The position numbers and the translations under genes were made by a program. The notes under the pieces were generated by a model that saw only the letters and a program-made list of their open reading frames with translations, made no database searches and was not told the origin of the DNA. Source: an uncultured virus (IMG/VR IMGVR_UViG_3300036398_005010) (taxonomy: Duplodnaviria > Heunggongvirae > Uroviricota > Caudoviricetes). From it: a stretch of DNA of 25,095 nt. This document shows positions 1-8,292 of this stretch, piece by piece (position 1 is the first letter of the stretch; each line of letters starts with the position of its first letter). The DNA lies in the IMG/VR virus record IMGVR_UViG_3300036398_005010, one strand, 5' to 3'.

Positions 1-1
1 C

Positions 2-100
2 ACCGGCATCCGCCCGGCGGGTGAACGGGAGATCGGCTGCATCACGGTCGAGAGCCCCCTGCAGAACTTCCTGATTCGGGACTACGTGGTCTCCTGCAAC
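2..100 (+). other. C-terminal splicing region (blocks F/G) of an intein inserted in the terminase P-loop
   Basis: Translation TGIRPAGEREIGCITVESPLQNFLIRDYVVSCN|SAKST fits the intein F/G pattern. It ends in Asn (98-100) followed by a +1 Ser (101-103) that belongs to the Walker A motif. Confidence 0.85.
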
Positions 101-1369
101 TCGGCCAAGAGCACCGTGATCGGGCTGCTCTGCTCGTGGCTGATCGGCCGGCACACCCTGGCCAAGCAGCTGCTGCGCATCCTCTACGTGTCGTTCAACA
201 TCGACGTGGCGCGCGGCAAGAGCCTGGCGATCAAGAACACGATCCAGTCGGGCGAGTACCAGGAGATCTTCCCCTGCGTGCGGCTCAGCAAGACCCGCAC
301 CGCCGATGAGCTCTGGTCGATCGACTTCGATTTCGCCGGCATCGATGTGCGCGGTGAGGACGCCTTCACGCTGGCCTGCGCCGGCCTGCAGGGCACGATC
401 ACCTCCAAGCGCTCGAGCCTGGTGATCCTGGATGACTTGATCAAATCCAAGAAGTCGATCAGCAACCCGGAGGTGCGCCGGGAGATGGAGGGCAACTGGA
501 ACAGCGTGATCGTACCGACGATGTTCCAGGGCGCCCGGGCGATCGCCCTGGGGACCCGTTTCCACTTCGATGACATGTTCGCCACGACGTTCGTCGAGAA
601 GAACGGCTGGCATGTGATGACCCAGGCGGCGCTGGACTTTGATGACGACGGCACGCCGCGCTCCTACTGGGAGGGGATGTGGAGCGCGCGCTACCTGCTG
701 GAGCTGCAGCGCAAGGACCCGATCGCGTTCGCCTACCAGTACCTCAACAAGGCGGTGCGCTCCACCGAGCTGGGCATGGCGCCGGACCTGTTCGTCAAGG
801 GGGTGGTGCCGGACGTCTTCGATGAGATCGGCGTCGGGATCGACTTCTCCTCAGGCCTGCGGGAGCGCAGCGACTACACGGTGTTCATGCTGGGCGGCCG
901 CGTGGACGACAAGGCCTACGTGATCGACATGCGCCGGATTCGCAGCATGGGCAACATCGAGAAGATCGAGGCCCTCTGCGACATGCTGCACGAGTGGAAC
1001 CTGGTCACCAAGGACGAGGCCGGCCGCTACCTGTCGACCTTCTCCGAGGTGGCGATCTGGCCGGAGTCGGTCGGCTACCAGAAGTCGTTCGAGGGGGACT
1101 TCAAGCGGGTGGCCTACCAGGAATGGGGGCTGACCAACCTGCGCGTGCAGCCGGTGACCGGGGTGCGCGGCGACAAGCTGGCCCGCTTCCGCGGCGTGAT
1201 GGGCCTGTTCCAGACCCACCGGGTGATCTTCAACAAGTACCGGGACTTCCAGGTGGTCTTCGATGAGGTGGTCAACATGGGGCACTCGTCCCATGACGAC
1301 TGCGCTGACGCCCTGCAGATCCTGCTGGACCGGCTGTTCCGCCGCGGCAACATCGAGGTGGAGTATTGA
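2..1369 (+). CDS. terL: Terminase large subunit, 5'-truncated by the window edge and intein-containing
   Basis: The frame is open from nt 2, so the GTG at 86 is not the real start. Motifs: Walker A remainder SAKST, Walker B LVILDD, coupling motif GTRF, RNase H-type nuclease motifs VGIDFS...SDYT and HDDCADA. Confidence 0.95.
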   Translation, partial: TGIRPAGEREIGCITVESPLQNFLIRDYVVSCNSAKSTVIGLLCSWLIGRHTLAKQLLRILYVSFNIDVARGKSLAIKNTIQSGEYQEIFPCVRLSKTRTADELWSIDFDFAGIDVRGEDAFTLACAGLQGTITSKRSSLVILDDLIKSKKSISNPEVRREMEGNWNSVIVPTMFQGARAIALGTRFHFDDMFATTFVEKNGWHVMTQAALDFDDDGTPRSYWEGMWSARYLLELQRKDPIAFAYQYLNKAVRSTELGMAPDLFVKGVVPDVFDEIGVGIDFSSGLRERSDYTVFMLGGRVDDKAYVIDMRRIRSMGNIEKIEALCDMLHEWNLVTKDEAGRYLSTFSEVAIWPESVGYQKSFEGDFKRVAYQEWGLTNLRVQPVTGVRGDKLARFRGVMGLFQTHRVIFNKYRDFQVVFDEVVNMGHSSHDDCADALQILLDRLFRRGNIEVEY

Positions 1370-1402
1370 GCTCTCGCCCTGTGAGCCGCAGCAAGCGCTT
1401 TG

Positions 1403-1410
1403 CCTAGGAT
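1403..1410 (+). promoter_or_regulatory. Putative -10 box CCTAGGAT, possibly giving a leaderless portal mRNA
   Basis: TAGGAT ends 6 nt before the ATG at 1417 and no Shine-Dalgarno is visible. The same motif recurs before other genes. Confidence 0.55.
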
Positions 1411-1416
1411 GACCCC

Positions 1417-3597
1417 ATGAGCCAGCCGACCCAGGACCGCTTCCGCCGGATCATCGAGGCGGCCCGCAACCGCGAGGGTGCCGCCGGCGTGGACACGATG
1501 ATCGTGTCGGGCCACCTGGCCCAGATGCGGCTGTTCATGATGCGGCAAGGGATCGAGTTCCTGCCGCGCCAGGACACCTACGGGTTCCGCAAGGCGTTCC
1601 TGGCCAAGGTCGTCGAGGAGAACGAAATCGATGCGCGCCTGGAGGGCGTGGTCGACGACTTCATCTCCGAGGGCAAGGGCCTGTGGTTCTTCCGGCCGGT
1701 GCGCGACAGCTACCGGATCATGTGGTTCAGCAAGGAGAACTACAGGGTCTACTACGACTCCCTGCAGGAGATCGAGGAAGTCGACCTGATCTACTCCTTC
1801 AAGGTGCGCCAGGGGCTGGGCGCGATCGCCGTGCAGGCGCCCGGCGGTTCGACCACCAAGTACGTGCGCCTGCAGGTCAAGCGCGACGAAATCATTGAGA
1901 CGATCAGCGAGGAGAAGCCGTCATTCGACACGCCGCTGATGTCGGTGATCGCTGCCAACAAGCGCACGGTGCGCAACAGCCTGGGCTTCGTGCCGGCGGT
2001 CGAGGCGTTCAACATGATGCGCTCCACCGGGATGGATGCGACCGGCGACTTCGACAGCTTCGCCGAGCACATCCTGGTGCATGACGCCCTGGTGCGGAAC
2101 ATCCGGGAGAACATCCGCTTCTACGGCAACCCCACCCTGGTCTCCAGTCGGCCGCGCCACGACCTGGTGGAGGCCGCTGATGGCGGCATGCCCCGGCGGC
2201 CGACGATCAGCAGCCAGGCGGGCTTCTCCGCCGAGGGGCGCCCGAGCACGCGCCACGACCTGACCGGTGCGCCGGCGGTGGGCGGAATGCGCGTGCCGCG
2301 GCTGATCACCAACATCGAGCCGACCGATCGGGTCAGCTACATCACCCCGAACGCGGTCAGCGGCGACCAGAACCTCTACGCCCGCCAGTACCGCGAGGAG
2401 ATCCGCAACGCCCTGGGCGGCGTGGACGAGCTGGGCATCTCCTCGGGGGCGACGGCCTACGAGATCAAAAGCCTGTTCGGGCGGGCGGCCACCACGGCGC
2501 TGCGCAAGTGCCGCGGGCTGCTCACCTACGGGCTGTGCAAGCTGCTGGCCCTGATGATCTTCCACGAGGAGCGCATCTTCCGGGAGAGCTTCTCAGCAGC
2601 GATCGGGCTGCAGCCGCCGGATGCGCCGATCCGCGAGCAGATCGGCGACGACGAGGCCTATGCCAAGGCCCTGGAGAAGCACGAGCAGGAGTACGCGGCC
2701 TACAAGCAGGAGCTGGAAGAACGCATCGAGGAGGCGATCGAGGAGCGCGAATTTCCCGATGGCGTTGTCGGCTTGATTCCCGACGGTGACCGGCGGGTGG
2801 ATTGGCGCTGGCGGGGGCCGGTGTTCGAGGAATCGACCGAGGACATCCTCAACCAGTCGATCGTCGTGCGCAACCTGCAGGAGCTGGGGGTCAATTCGAT
2901 CGAGGCGCTCAAGCATCTCTTCCCGAACAAAACCGACGAGGAGAGGAGCGCTATGCTCAATGGGTACCCGTTCAGGATGGCCCAGGCCACCCAACAGAGC
3001 ATTTCCACATTCCTCTCGCTCATCAACATGATGCGAGAGGTACCCCACCCGCAAGCCCCGGATCTACCGCTGCTTGCGGATGCTCGCCTCGATCTGGTTC
3101 CGTTCTTGTATCGAGCCTTTGATTTCCTCAAGCGTGAGCTGACCTATGCAGGACAGTACGGTGATTCCACAGGCTCCCCCGAGCCAGCCGAGCTCAATCC
3201 CATCGAGCGCGCCCGCGCCAACCTCGGCCTCGATGTCGCCGCAGGTGGCGCAGCCGAGCCTGACTTCGTACCCGACACAGCCCAGTCAGGCGCCGGCGGC
3301 GGATCCGTGGCAGCAGGCGTACCGCAACCTGACCGCCGGTTTGAGCGGGATGCCCGCCTCCCCGGCCCAGGCGCAACCCTGGCCAGCGACCCAGCAGGTC
3401 GAGGCCTACCAGGGGTTCTCCCCTTCCGCGGTGCCCAGCTACCCGCAGGCGCCCAGTCCGGTGATGCCGACCTGGCAGCCCCAAGCAATGCCGGCGTATT
3501 CGCCGACCTTGCCCAGCGCATGGCCCCAGAGCGCGCCCCTGGCCGCACCCGCCGTCGCACCTCTGGCCGCTCCAGCCGCCGCTCCAGCCGTCGGTGA
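1417..3597 (+). CDS. Portal protein (726 aa); the last ~150 codons overlap the next gene
   Basis: Lies directly after terL, has a suitable size, strong GC3 codon bias and a helical charged composition. Assigned by synteny, not by a diagnostic motif. Confidence 0.8.
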   Translation: MSQPTQDRFRRIIEAARNREGAAGVDTMIVSGHLAQMRLFMMRQGIEFLPRQDTYGFRKAFLAKVVEENEIDARLEGVVDDFISEGKGLWFFRPVRDSYRIMWFSKENYRVYYDSLQEIEEVDLIYSFKVRQGLGAIAVQAPGGSTTKYVRLQVKRDEIIETISEEKPSFDTPLMSVIAANKRTVRNSLGFVPAVEAFNMMRSTGMDATGDFDSFAEHILVHDALVRNIRENIRFYGNPTLVSSRPRHDLVEAADGGMPRRPTISSQAGFSAEGRPSTRHDLTGAPAVGGMRVPRLITNIEPTDRVSYITPNAVSGDQNLYARQYREEIRNALGGVDELGISSGATAYEIKSLFGRAATTALRKCRGLLTYGLCKLLALMIFHEERIFRESFSAAIGLQPPDAPIREQIGDDEAYAKALEKHEQEYAAYKQELEERIEEAIEEREFPDGVVGLIPDGDRRVDWRWRGPVFEESTEDILNQSIVVRNLQELGVNSIEALKHLFPNKTDEERSAMLNGYPFRMAQATQQSISTFLSLINMMREVPHPQAPDLPLLADARLDLVPFLYRAFDFLKRELTYAGQYGDSTGSPEPAELNPIERARANLGLDVAAGGAAEPDFVPDTAQSGAGGGSVAAGVPQPDRRFERDARLPGPGATLASDPAGRGLPGVLPFRGAQLPAGAQSGDADLAAPSNAGVFADLAQRMAPERAPGRTRRRTSGRSSRRSSRR

Positions 3598-4156
3598 TGG
3601 CTACCTCTCGTCCCTGAGCGACGAGAGCCTCGAGGTGCTGAACCACTTCGGCACCGAGGCCCCGGCCCTGCTGAACCGCTACGCCTGCACGGTGGAAGAC
3701 GCCCTGCTGCAGCAAGCCCAGCAGAGCACGGAAGCACTGCAGCAGCTGCAGCAACTGGGTCAGAACCTCCAGCAGATGGAGCTGGTGCTCAACGCCACCC
3801 TGGAGGACAACAAGGCCTACAACCTGTTGACCACCGAGCCCGAGCTGCTGGCCGACTACGTCAACGACTTCTTCGGGCCCGACGGCCCGGCACCGGTCGA
3901 ACTGCCCCAGGATCGCCTGGCTGCTGATGTGGCCGCGGCGGGCTATGCCCCTGCCGCCCAGCCGCAGCCCCAGGTGTACCAGCGTCCCCAGATCGACATG
4001 CCCGCCCCTGGCGGCCAGGCCGGTGGTGCGGGCGACTTCTGGGCGACCTTCCAGGAGGTCTCCCGCAACCAGCCCGATCAGGCCTGGCGCCTGCTGGCCC
4101 AGGCTCCCGCTGACGCTCTGCGCTCGCGGGTGCTGATCTCTGACGCTCCGGCCTGA
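3146..4156 (+). CDS. Putative capsid scaffolding protein
   Basis: Pro/Gln/Ala-rich disordered N-terminus followed by an acidic Gln/Leu-rich coiled coil (LLQQAQQSTEALQQLQQLGQNLQQMEL). Follows the portal gene; good codon bias after ~3600. Confidence 0.7.
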   Translation: MQDSTVIPQAPPSQPSSIPSSAPAPTSASMSPQVAQPSLTSYPTQPSQAPAADPWQQAYRNLTAGLSGMPASPAQAQPWPATQQVEAYQGFSPSAVPSYPQAPSPVMPTWQPQAMPAYSPTLPSAWPQSAPLAAPAVAPLAAPAAAPAVGDGYLSSLSDESLEVLNHFGTEAPALLNRYACTVEDALLQQAQQSTEALQQLQQLGQNLQQMELVLNATLEDNKAYNLLTTEPELLADYVNDFFGPDGPAPVELPQDRLAADVAAAGYAPAAQPQPQVYQRPQIDMPAPGGQAGGAGDFWATFQEVSRNQPDQAWRLLAQAPADALRSRVLISDAPA

Positions 4157-4173
4157 CAAGGAGGACCCTGGCG

Positions 4174-4557
4174 ATGATGTTGCCCAATCAAGTCGCGATG
4201 GCGACGACTCGCCCGGGTGGCTCCGTGCACCAGCTGATGGTGGCCCGGCCGTCCCAGGCCCACTCCTTTGGGCGGGCCCAGGACGTCCCGACGATGACGC
4301 AGGGCATCAACGGTTTCAACGACGCAGCCCGGCAGGCAGCGCAGGCTGGGCGCACGGAGCAGCACGCCATGGTCCAGGCGGCGCAGAACTTCGGGCCCCA
4401 GGTGTCGGAACACGAGGCGCGCAACGCGCAGAAGATCGCCGAGCAGAAGATCACTGCTTACGAGCTGTCACTGCGCCACAGAATGGCTCTGGGTGCGGCC
4501 GGCGTGGTGAAGTACTCGAACATGATCGAACTGGGCAACCTGCTGTCCCAGAGCTGA
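4174..4557 (+). CDS. Hypothetical protein (127 aa)
   Basis: Strong RBS AAGGAGG upstream; packed in the operon; start could be 4174 or 4177. Confidence 0.75.
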   Translation: MMLPNQVAMATTRPGGSVHQLMVARPSQAHSFGRAQDVPTMTQGINGFNDAARQAAQAGRTEQHAMVQAAQNFGPQVSEHEARNAQKIAEQKITAYELSLRHRMALGAAGVVKYSNMIELGNLLSQS

Positions 4558-4564
4558 GCAGCAG

Positions 4565-4891
4565 ATGGAGTCAGGCAGGTTCGCGAACAGTCCGCAGTTC
4601 CAGCAGCAGCTGCGGGACCTGCTGTACCGCCCCGGGGTCGACGACAGCGGGTACGAGACGTTGCCGATCACACCGCAGACGCCAGCCGCTGACTGGGAGC
4701 TGCTGAGCGGGGCGAGCTTCGACGTCAAGGTTCCCTACGTCCCCGGTCGCTCGCTGGAGGGCGTACCGAACGCCGATACGCCGGAGATGCGGGAGAAGAT
4801 CCGCAGGCGGCTGTTGCTGAATCCTGGCGGCAAGGAAGACCTGCCTGGGTTCCTCGAGAGGGCAATGATCCCGGCTTCCCCTTTAGGGTAG
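4565..4891 (+). CDS. Hypothetical protein (108 aa)
   Basis: Starts 7 nt after the previous stop; coding-like codon bias. Confidence 0.7.
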   Translation: MESGRFANSPQFQQQLRDLLYRPGVDDSGYETLPITPQTPAADWELLSGASFDVKVPYVPGRSLEGVPNADTPEMREKIRRRLLLNPGGKEDLPGFLERAMIPASPLG

Positions 4892-4952
4892 GCCCATCCC
4901 GGTAAGCGCCCCGCTTGCTGCAGCTAGCATGGCGTGAAATCTGCGCGCGATC

Positions 4953-5240
4953 ATGCGCCTCGCCGGCCAGCCAAGGATCTACGAAGCCCTGGCGGAGCAC
5001 TTCATCAGTGATGACGTGCCGCCTCAGGCTGCGCAGCACCTGGCTGCTGAGGTTGTCGCCCATGGCGCCGATGCCGACACCAGTATCGACCAGTTCTTCC
5101 ACTTCTACGAGCTGCTCAAAAGCAAGGGCTACTCAGAGGAGGCCGCCCAGCACCTGGCGGTCGAAATGATGGAGGGCCGGGAGCCTGAAAGCAAGGCCGG
5201 CATGCGCTTTGCGCGGGTGTATGGCGACTCTTCGTGCTGA
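4953..5240 (+). CDS. Hypothetical protein with an internal duplication (AAQHLAxE twice)
   Basis: Preceded by a GCTAGCAT box at 4923-4930; natural-looking acidic helical sequence. Confidence 0.75.
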   Translation: MRLAGQPRIYEALAEHFISDDVPPQAAQHLAAEVVAHGADADTSIDQFFHFYELLKSKGYSEEAAQHLAVEMMEGREPESKAGMRFARVYGDSSC

Positions 5241-6489
5241 ACCTGTGACCATTATTCCCAACGAGAACTACGTCGCCTTCTACAACCCCAGGGAGCGGCA
5301 CCACAGGGACTGGCTGCTGGCGGTGCTGGACCACCTGACGACTGTTGACCCCAAGGCGCTGAGCGAGGGCCCGCTGCGGGACCTGTGGACCCAGGGCGGT
5401 GTGACCGCTGAGGTGAGCGCCGAGGACGTGGCCCTGGCCCTGCCCCTGATCCGCGAGTTCGAGGGCCTCCACCTAGAGGCCTACCCGGATCCCAAGACCG
5501 GCGGCAAGCCCTGGACGATCGGCTGGGGCTCCACGCGTCTGGCCGACGGCCGGGAGGTGCGGCCGGGCGACAAGATCACCCAGCGAGAAGCTGACACCCT
5601 GCTGCAGATGCGGGTGAATGCCGACCGCGAGGTGATGGCCGGCCGCATCCCCACCTGGGGGCAGATGAGCGCGCCGCAGCGGGCAGCGCTGCTCTCGTTC
5701 GCCTACAACCTCGGATCTCACTGGTACGACGGCAAGGGCTTCGCCACACTCACCAAGGCGGTGCGGGAGGCCAACTGGGGCGCCGTGCCTGCGACTCTGG
5801 ATCTCTACCGCAACCCCGGCAGCAATGTGGAGGCCGGGCTGCTGCGCCGCCGGCGGGCCGAGGGCCGGATGTTCGCCAGCGGCACGACCGCGGCGGCCCC
5901 GGCCCCTGCTACTCCAGTGGCGGTGTACCCCAACCCGCTGCAGGTCTACCCGTACCGGCAGCTGGATTCGGAGACCGACCAGGCGCGGCGGATGTGCTTC
6001 TCCTCCTCGAACGCCATGTTGGTCGAGCATCTCAAGCCGGGCACGCTCAAGGGCCCCAACGGCGACGATCAGTATCTGCGCACGGTCAAGCGCTTTGGGG
6101 ACACGACCAGCATCCAGGCCCAGATGCGGGCCCTGGCGTCCTATGGCATCAAGGCGCGGTTCATCGAGAATGCCAAGCCTGAAACACTGGAGCAGCAGAT
6201 CAGCCGGGGGATCCCGGTGCCCTGCGGCTACATCCACCGCGGACCGGTGGATCGACCGACTGGCGCCGGCCACTGGCTGACCGCGATCGGCTTCACGGGA
6301 ACGGAGCTGATTGTGCACGACCCCTTGGGCCGGCCAGACCTGCAGAACGGCACCACGCTGAACACCAATGGGATCGGCATCCGGCTGCCGCGGCAGCTGT
6401 TCTTCCGACGCTGGGAGGTGGAGCCGATCGGTGGTGGCGCGTTCCGCTACGCCCCGGGCCGCGGCTGGGCGATCATCGCCGAGCGCTGA
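5221..6489 (+). CDS. Endolysin: GH24 lysozyme plus C39-like cysteine peptidase domain (start 5221 ATG or 5245 GTG)
   Basis: GH24 motif IREFEGLHLEAYPDPKTGGKPWTIGWG, FAYNLG and GLLRRRRAE. An Ala/Pro linker follows. Peptidase triad RMCFSSS / GHW / VHDP. Confidence 0.9.
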   Translation: MATLRAEPVTIIPNENYVAFYNPRERHHRDWLLAVLDHLTTVDPKALSEGPLRDLWTQGGVTAEVSAEDVALALPLIREFEGLHLEAYPDPKTGGKPWTIGWGSTRLADGREVRPGDKITQREADTLLQMRVNADREVMAGRIPTWGQMSAPQRAALLSFAYNLGSHWYDGKGFATLTKAVREANWGAVPATLDLYRNPGSNVEAGLLRRRRAEGRMFASGTTAAAPAPATPVAVYPNPLQVYPYRQLDSETDQARRMCFSSSNAMLVEHLKPGTLKGPNGDDQYLRTVKRFGDTTSIQAQMRALASYGIKARFIENAKPETLEQQISRGIPVPCGYIHRGPVDRPTGAGHWLTAIGFTGTELIVHDPLGRPDLQNGTTLNTNGIGIRLPRQLFFRRWEVEPIGGGAFRYAPGRGWAIIAER

Positions 6490-6499
6490 GGCCCTGGCC

Positions 6500-6919
6500 T
6501 CAAGAGAGGCGGATGACCAGCTGGCCGACCGGGAAGCGGACGATGTCGCCGGCCAGGAAGTTGGTCGGTGGGTTCACAAGGCCGTAGGTGAGGAAGTTGC
6601 CACCGCTCGCCGCGTTCCAGAAGCCGACGTAGGTCACGGCCGCCGCCGCCGCTGCTGATTCGGTGATCGAGATCGCGCTGATGTTGCTGCACTCTCGAGC
6701 GACGCCGCCAGGCACTGTGATTGGTGCACTGAAGCCGGTGACGGGGACCGCAATCCGCCCGGCGGGGACCAGCGTCACGGTGACGTCCGCCTGATCGCCG
6801 TCAATGCCCGGATCAGCGCTGTGCAGGCTGATGAACAGGTTGGTGAGCGGAGCCGCCGGGAAGCTGCTGCCGCGCAGCCAGTTGAGGTTGGCGTCAGCCA
6901 GGTAGCGAGAGGCCGGCAT
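6500..6919 (-). CDS. Small virion structural (tail/fibre-associated) beta-rich protein
   Basis: Matches a pattern common in phage structural modules (S.YL...L....LFISLHSADP...SN..AI...TYVGFWNAASGGNFL...GD.VRF..G.L.I). Confidence 0.7.
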   Translation of the reverse strand: MPASRYLADANLNWLRGSSFPAAPLTNLFISLHSADPGIDGDQADVTVTLVPAGRIAVPVTGFSAPITVPGGVARECSNISAISITESAAAAAAVTYVGFWNAASGGNFLTYGLVNPPTNFLAGDIVRFPVGQLVIRLS

Positions 6920-6987
6920 AGCGGTTCAGGTACTGCTGCTTATTCTGGCAGCCAAAACGCAAGGCACCTCTGGCAGGCGGCAGCTGA

Positions 6988-7749
6988 TCAGGAGATCCGC
7001 CGGATGCCGCCCACCAGGTCCACGGAGAAGCCCGCGCTGCCGGCAAGGGCCACAGCTCGCCCGACCCGGCCCTCCAGCTCGAGGGAGGCCGCCAGCAGCG
7101 CCGAGAGAGGCGTTAATCCGGTGCGGGCGGTCACTCCGAACCGGAGGCCCACCTCAGCGCTCAGCTCCACAGAGTTGACAGCGGCCAGCTCCAGGCGGAA
7201 GGGCAGCTGCGGCCACTGGGAGCTGCTGATCAGCAGCGTGTAGACCCCGGGGCCGACCGGTTCGCCGCCACCTCCGGTTCCAGCGGGCTGCCCTTGATCG
7301 GAGTCCTGCTGAACAGGCAGGGGCCGGGTGGCGGGCTCGATTTCGACCCTGGTGTACTCGTCATCCCAGTAGCCGGGATCAACGTAGAACGTGATCACCG
7401 GGATCGAAGCTGGGATCAACCGATCGGCAACAGGAAGCGGCAGGACGTCACCACTGGGCCCGCGAATGCTGAAGCTGATGTACTGCCTGGTGTACTGGTT
7501 GGTGCTGCTCAGCGCCAGGAGCAGCTGCGTCTGTTCCTCAAGCCGGAACGTGAAGAACAAGGTCTGCGTGCCGCTTTCGGCGCCGACCAGCCCTTCAATG
7601 ACCAATCGATCCCCGGTCAGGACCCCCAGGTCACGGGGGTCGTACACCGAGGCGTGGCGAACGTAGCGCGAGCGATTGAAATTCGGCTGCGTGTTGTCGC
7701 TGCAGCCGTAGGCGTTCGTGATCGCCTGGATCGCCTTGGACTGGTCCAC
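6988..7749 (-). CDS. Putative virion structural protein with C-terminal small-residue beta-strand repeats
   Basis: In the tail cluster; contains a YVDPGYWDDEY motif; C-terminus has Ala/Gly/Leu alternating repeats. Confidence 0.6.
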   Translation of the reverse strand: MDQSKAIQAITNAYGCSDNTQPNFNRSRYVRHASVYDPRDLGVLTGDRLVIEGLVGAESGTQTLFFTFRLEEQTQLLLALSSTNQYTRQYISFSIRGPSGDVLPLPVADRLIPASIPVITFYVDPGYWDDEYTRVEIEPATRPLPVQQDSDQGQPAGTGGGGEPVGPGVYTLLISSSQWPQLPFRLELAAVNSVELSAEVGLRFGVTARTGLTPLSALLAASLELEGRVGRAVALAGSAGFSVDLVGGIRRIS

Positions 7750-7755
7750 CTGGAA

Positions 7756-8112
7756 TCAAGCCTCCCAGGGCGGCGCCATCGGCACCACCGCTGGCGTGCG
7801 CTTAGCGGCGAGCATCCCGGCCAGGTCGGTGCGCATCTGGGCCACGGTGGGCTCCTCCTCGCCGGCACGGGCGTCGATGGCTGCTTCGAGCCAGGTGATC
7901 ACCGTGGCTTCTGTGAGGTTCTCAAACAGGGTGAAGTCCTCGGGGTCGGCACCACCTAGGGGTGCGTCGCCGTAGAGGTCGAGGGTGTTGGTGCCGTCGG
8001 CTCCGAACAGGCGCCAGTGGATCTTGCGGACGACGTTGGTGAGGGCGCCTTCGGCGGGTGCGGCATCGAGGCGCTCGATGCGCCAGGTGTAGGTGACGGT
8101 GGGTTCAGTCAT
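7756..8112 (-). CDS. Tail-fibre-associated protein (118 aa; start corrected to ATG 8112)
   Basis: Reads MTEPTVTYTWRIERLD...VVRKIHWR...FENLTEATVITW...PPW, a family that typically follows cyanophage tail fibres. RBS GAGGAG upstream. Confidence 0.8.
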   Translation of the reverse strand: MTEPTVTYTWRIERLDAAPAEGALTNVVRKIHWRLFGADGTNTLDLYGDAPLGGADPEDFTLFENLTEATVITWLEAAIDARAGEEEPTVAQMRTDLAGMLAAKRTPAVVPMAPPWEA

Positions 8113-8278
8113 TGGCGGGGTTCTCCTCGGGGGTGGGGTCGGCGTCGCCCTTGGGGACGATCTCGACAGCGTCCAGGAAGGCGCCGAGTTGCTGAGCGGC
8201 GAACTGCTGCAGCACGGTGTCACCGCTGGCCCGTGCTGCGGCGTAGGAGTTCACGATGGTGATCAGCTGGTCTTTCAT
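8105..8278 (-). CDS. Small protein missed by the ORF track (57 aa), possible fibre chaperone
   Basis: MKDQLITIVNSYAAARASGDTVLQQFAAQQLGAFLDAVEIVPKGDADPTPEENPAND. It fills the gap exactly, overlaps the next start and has strong GC3 bias. Confidence 0.8.
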   Translation of the reverse strand: MKDQLITIVNSYAAARASGDTVLQQFAAQQLGAFLDAVEIVPKGDADPTPEENPAND

Positions 8279-8292
8279 GGCGAGTGGTGGTG

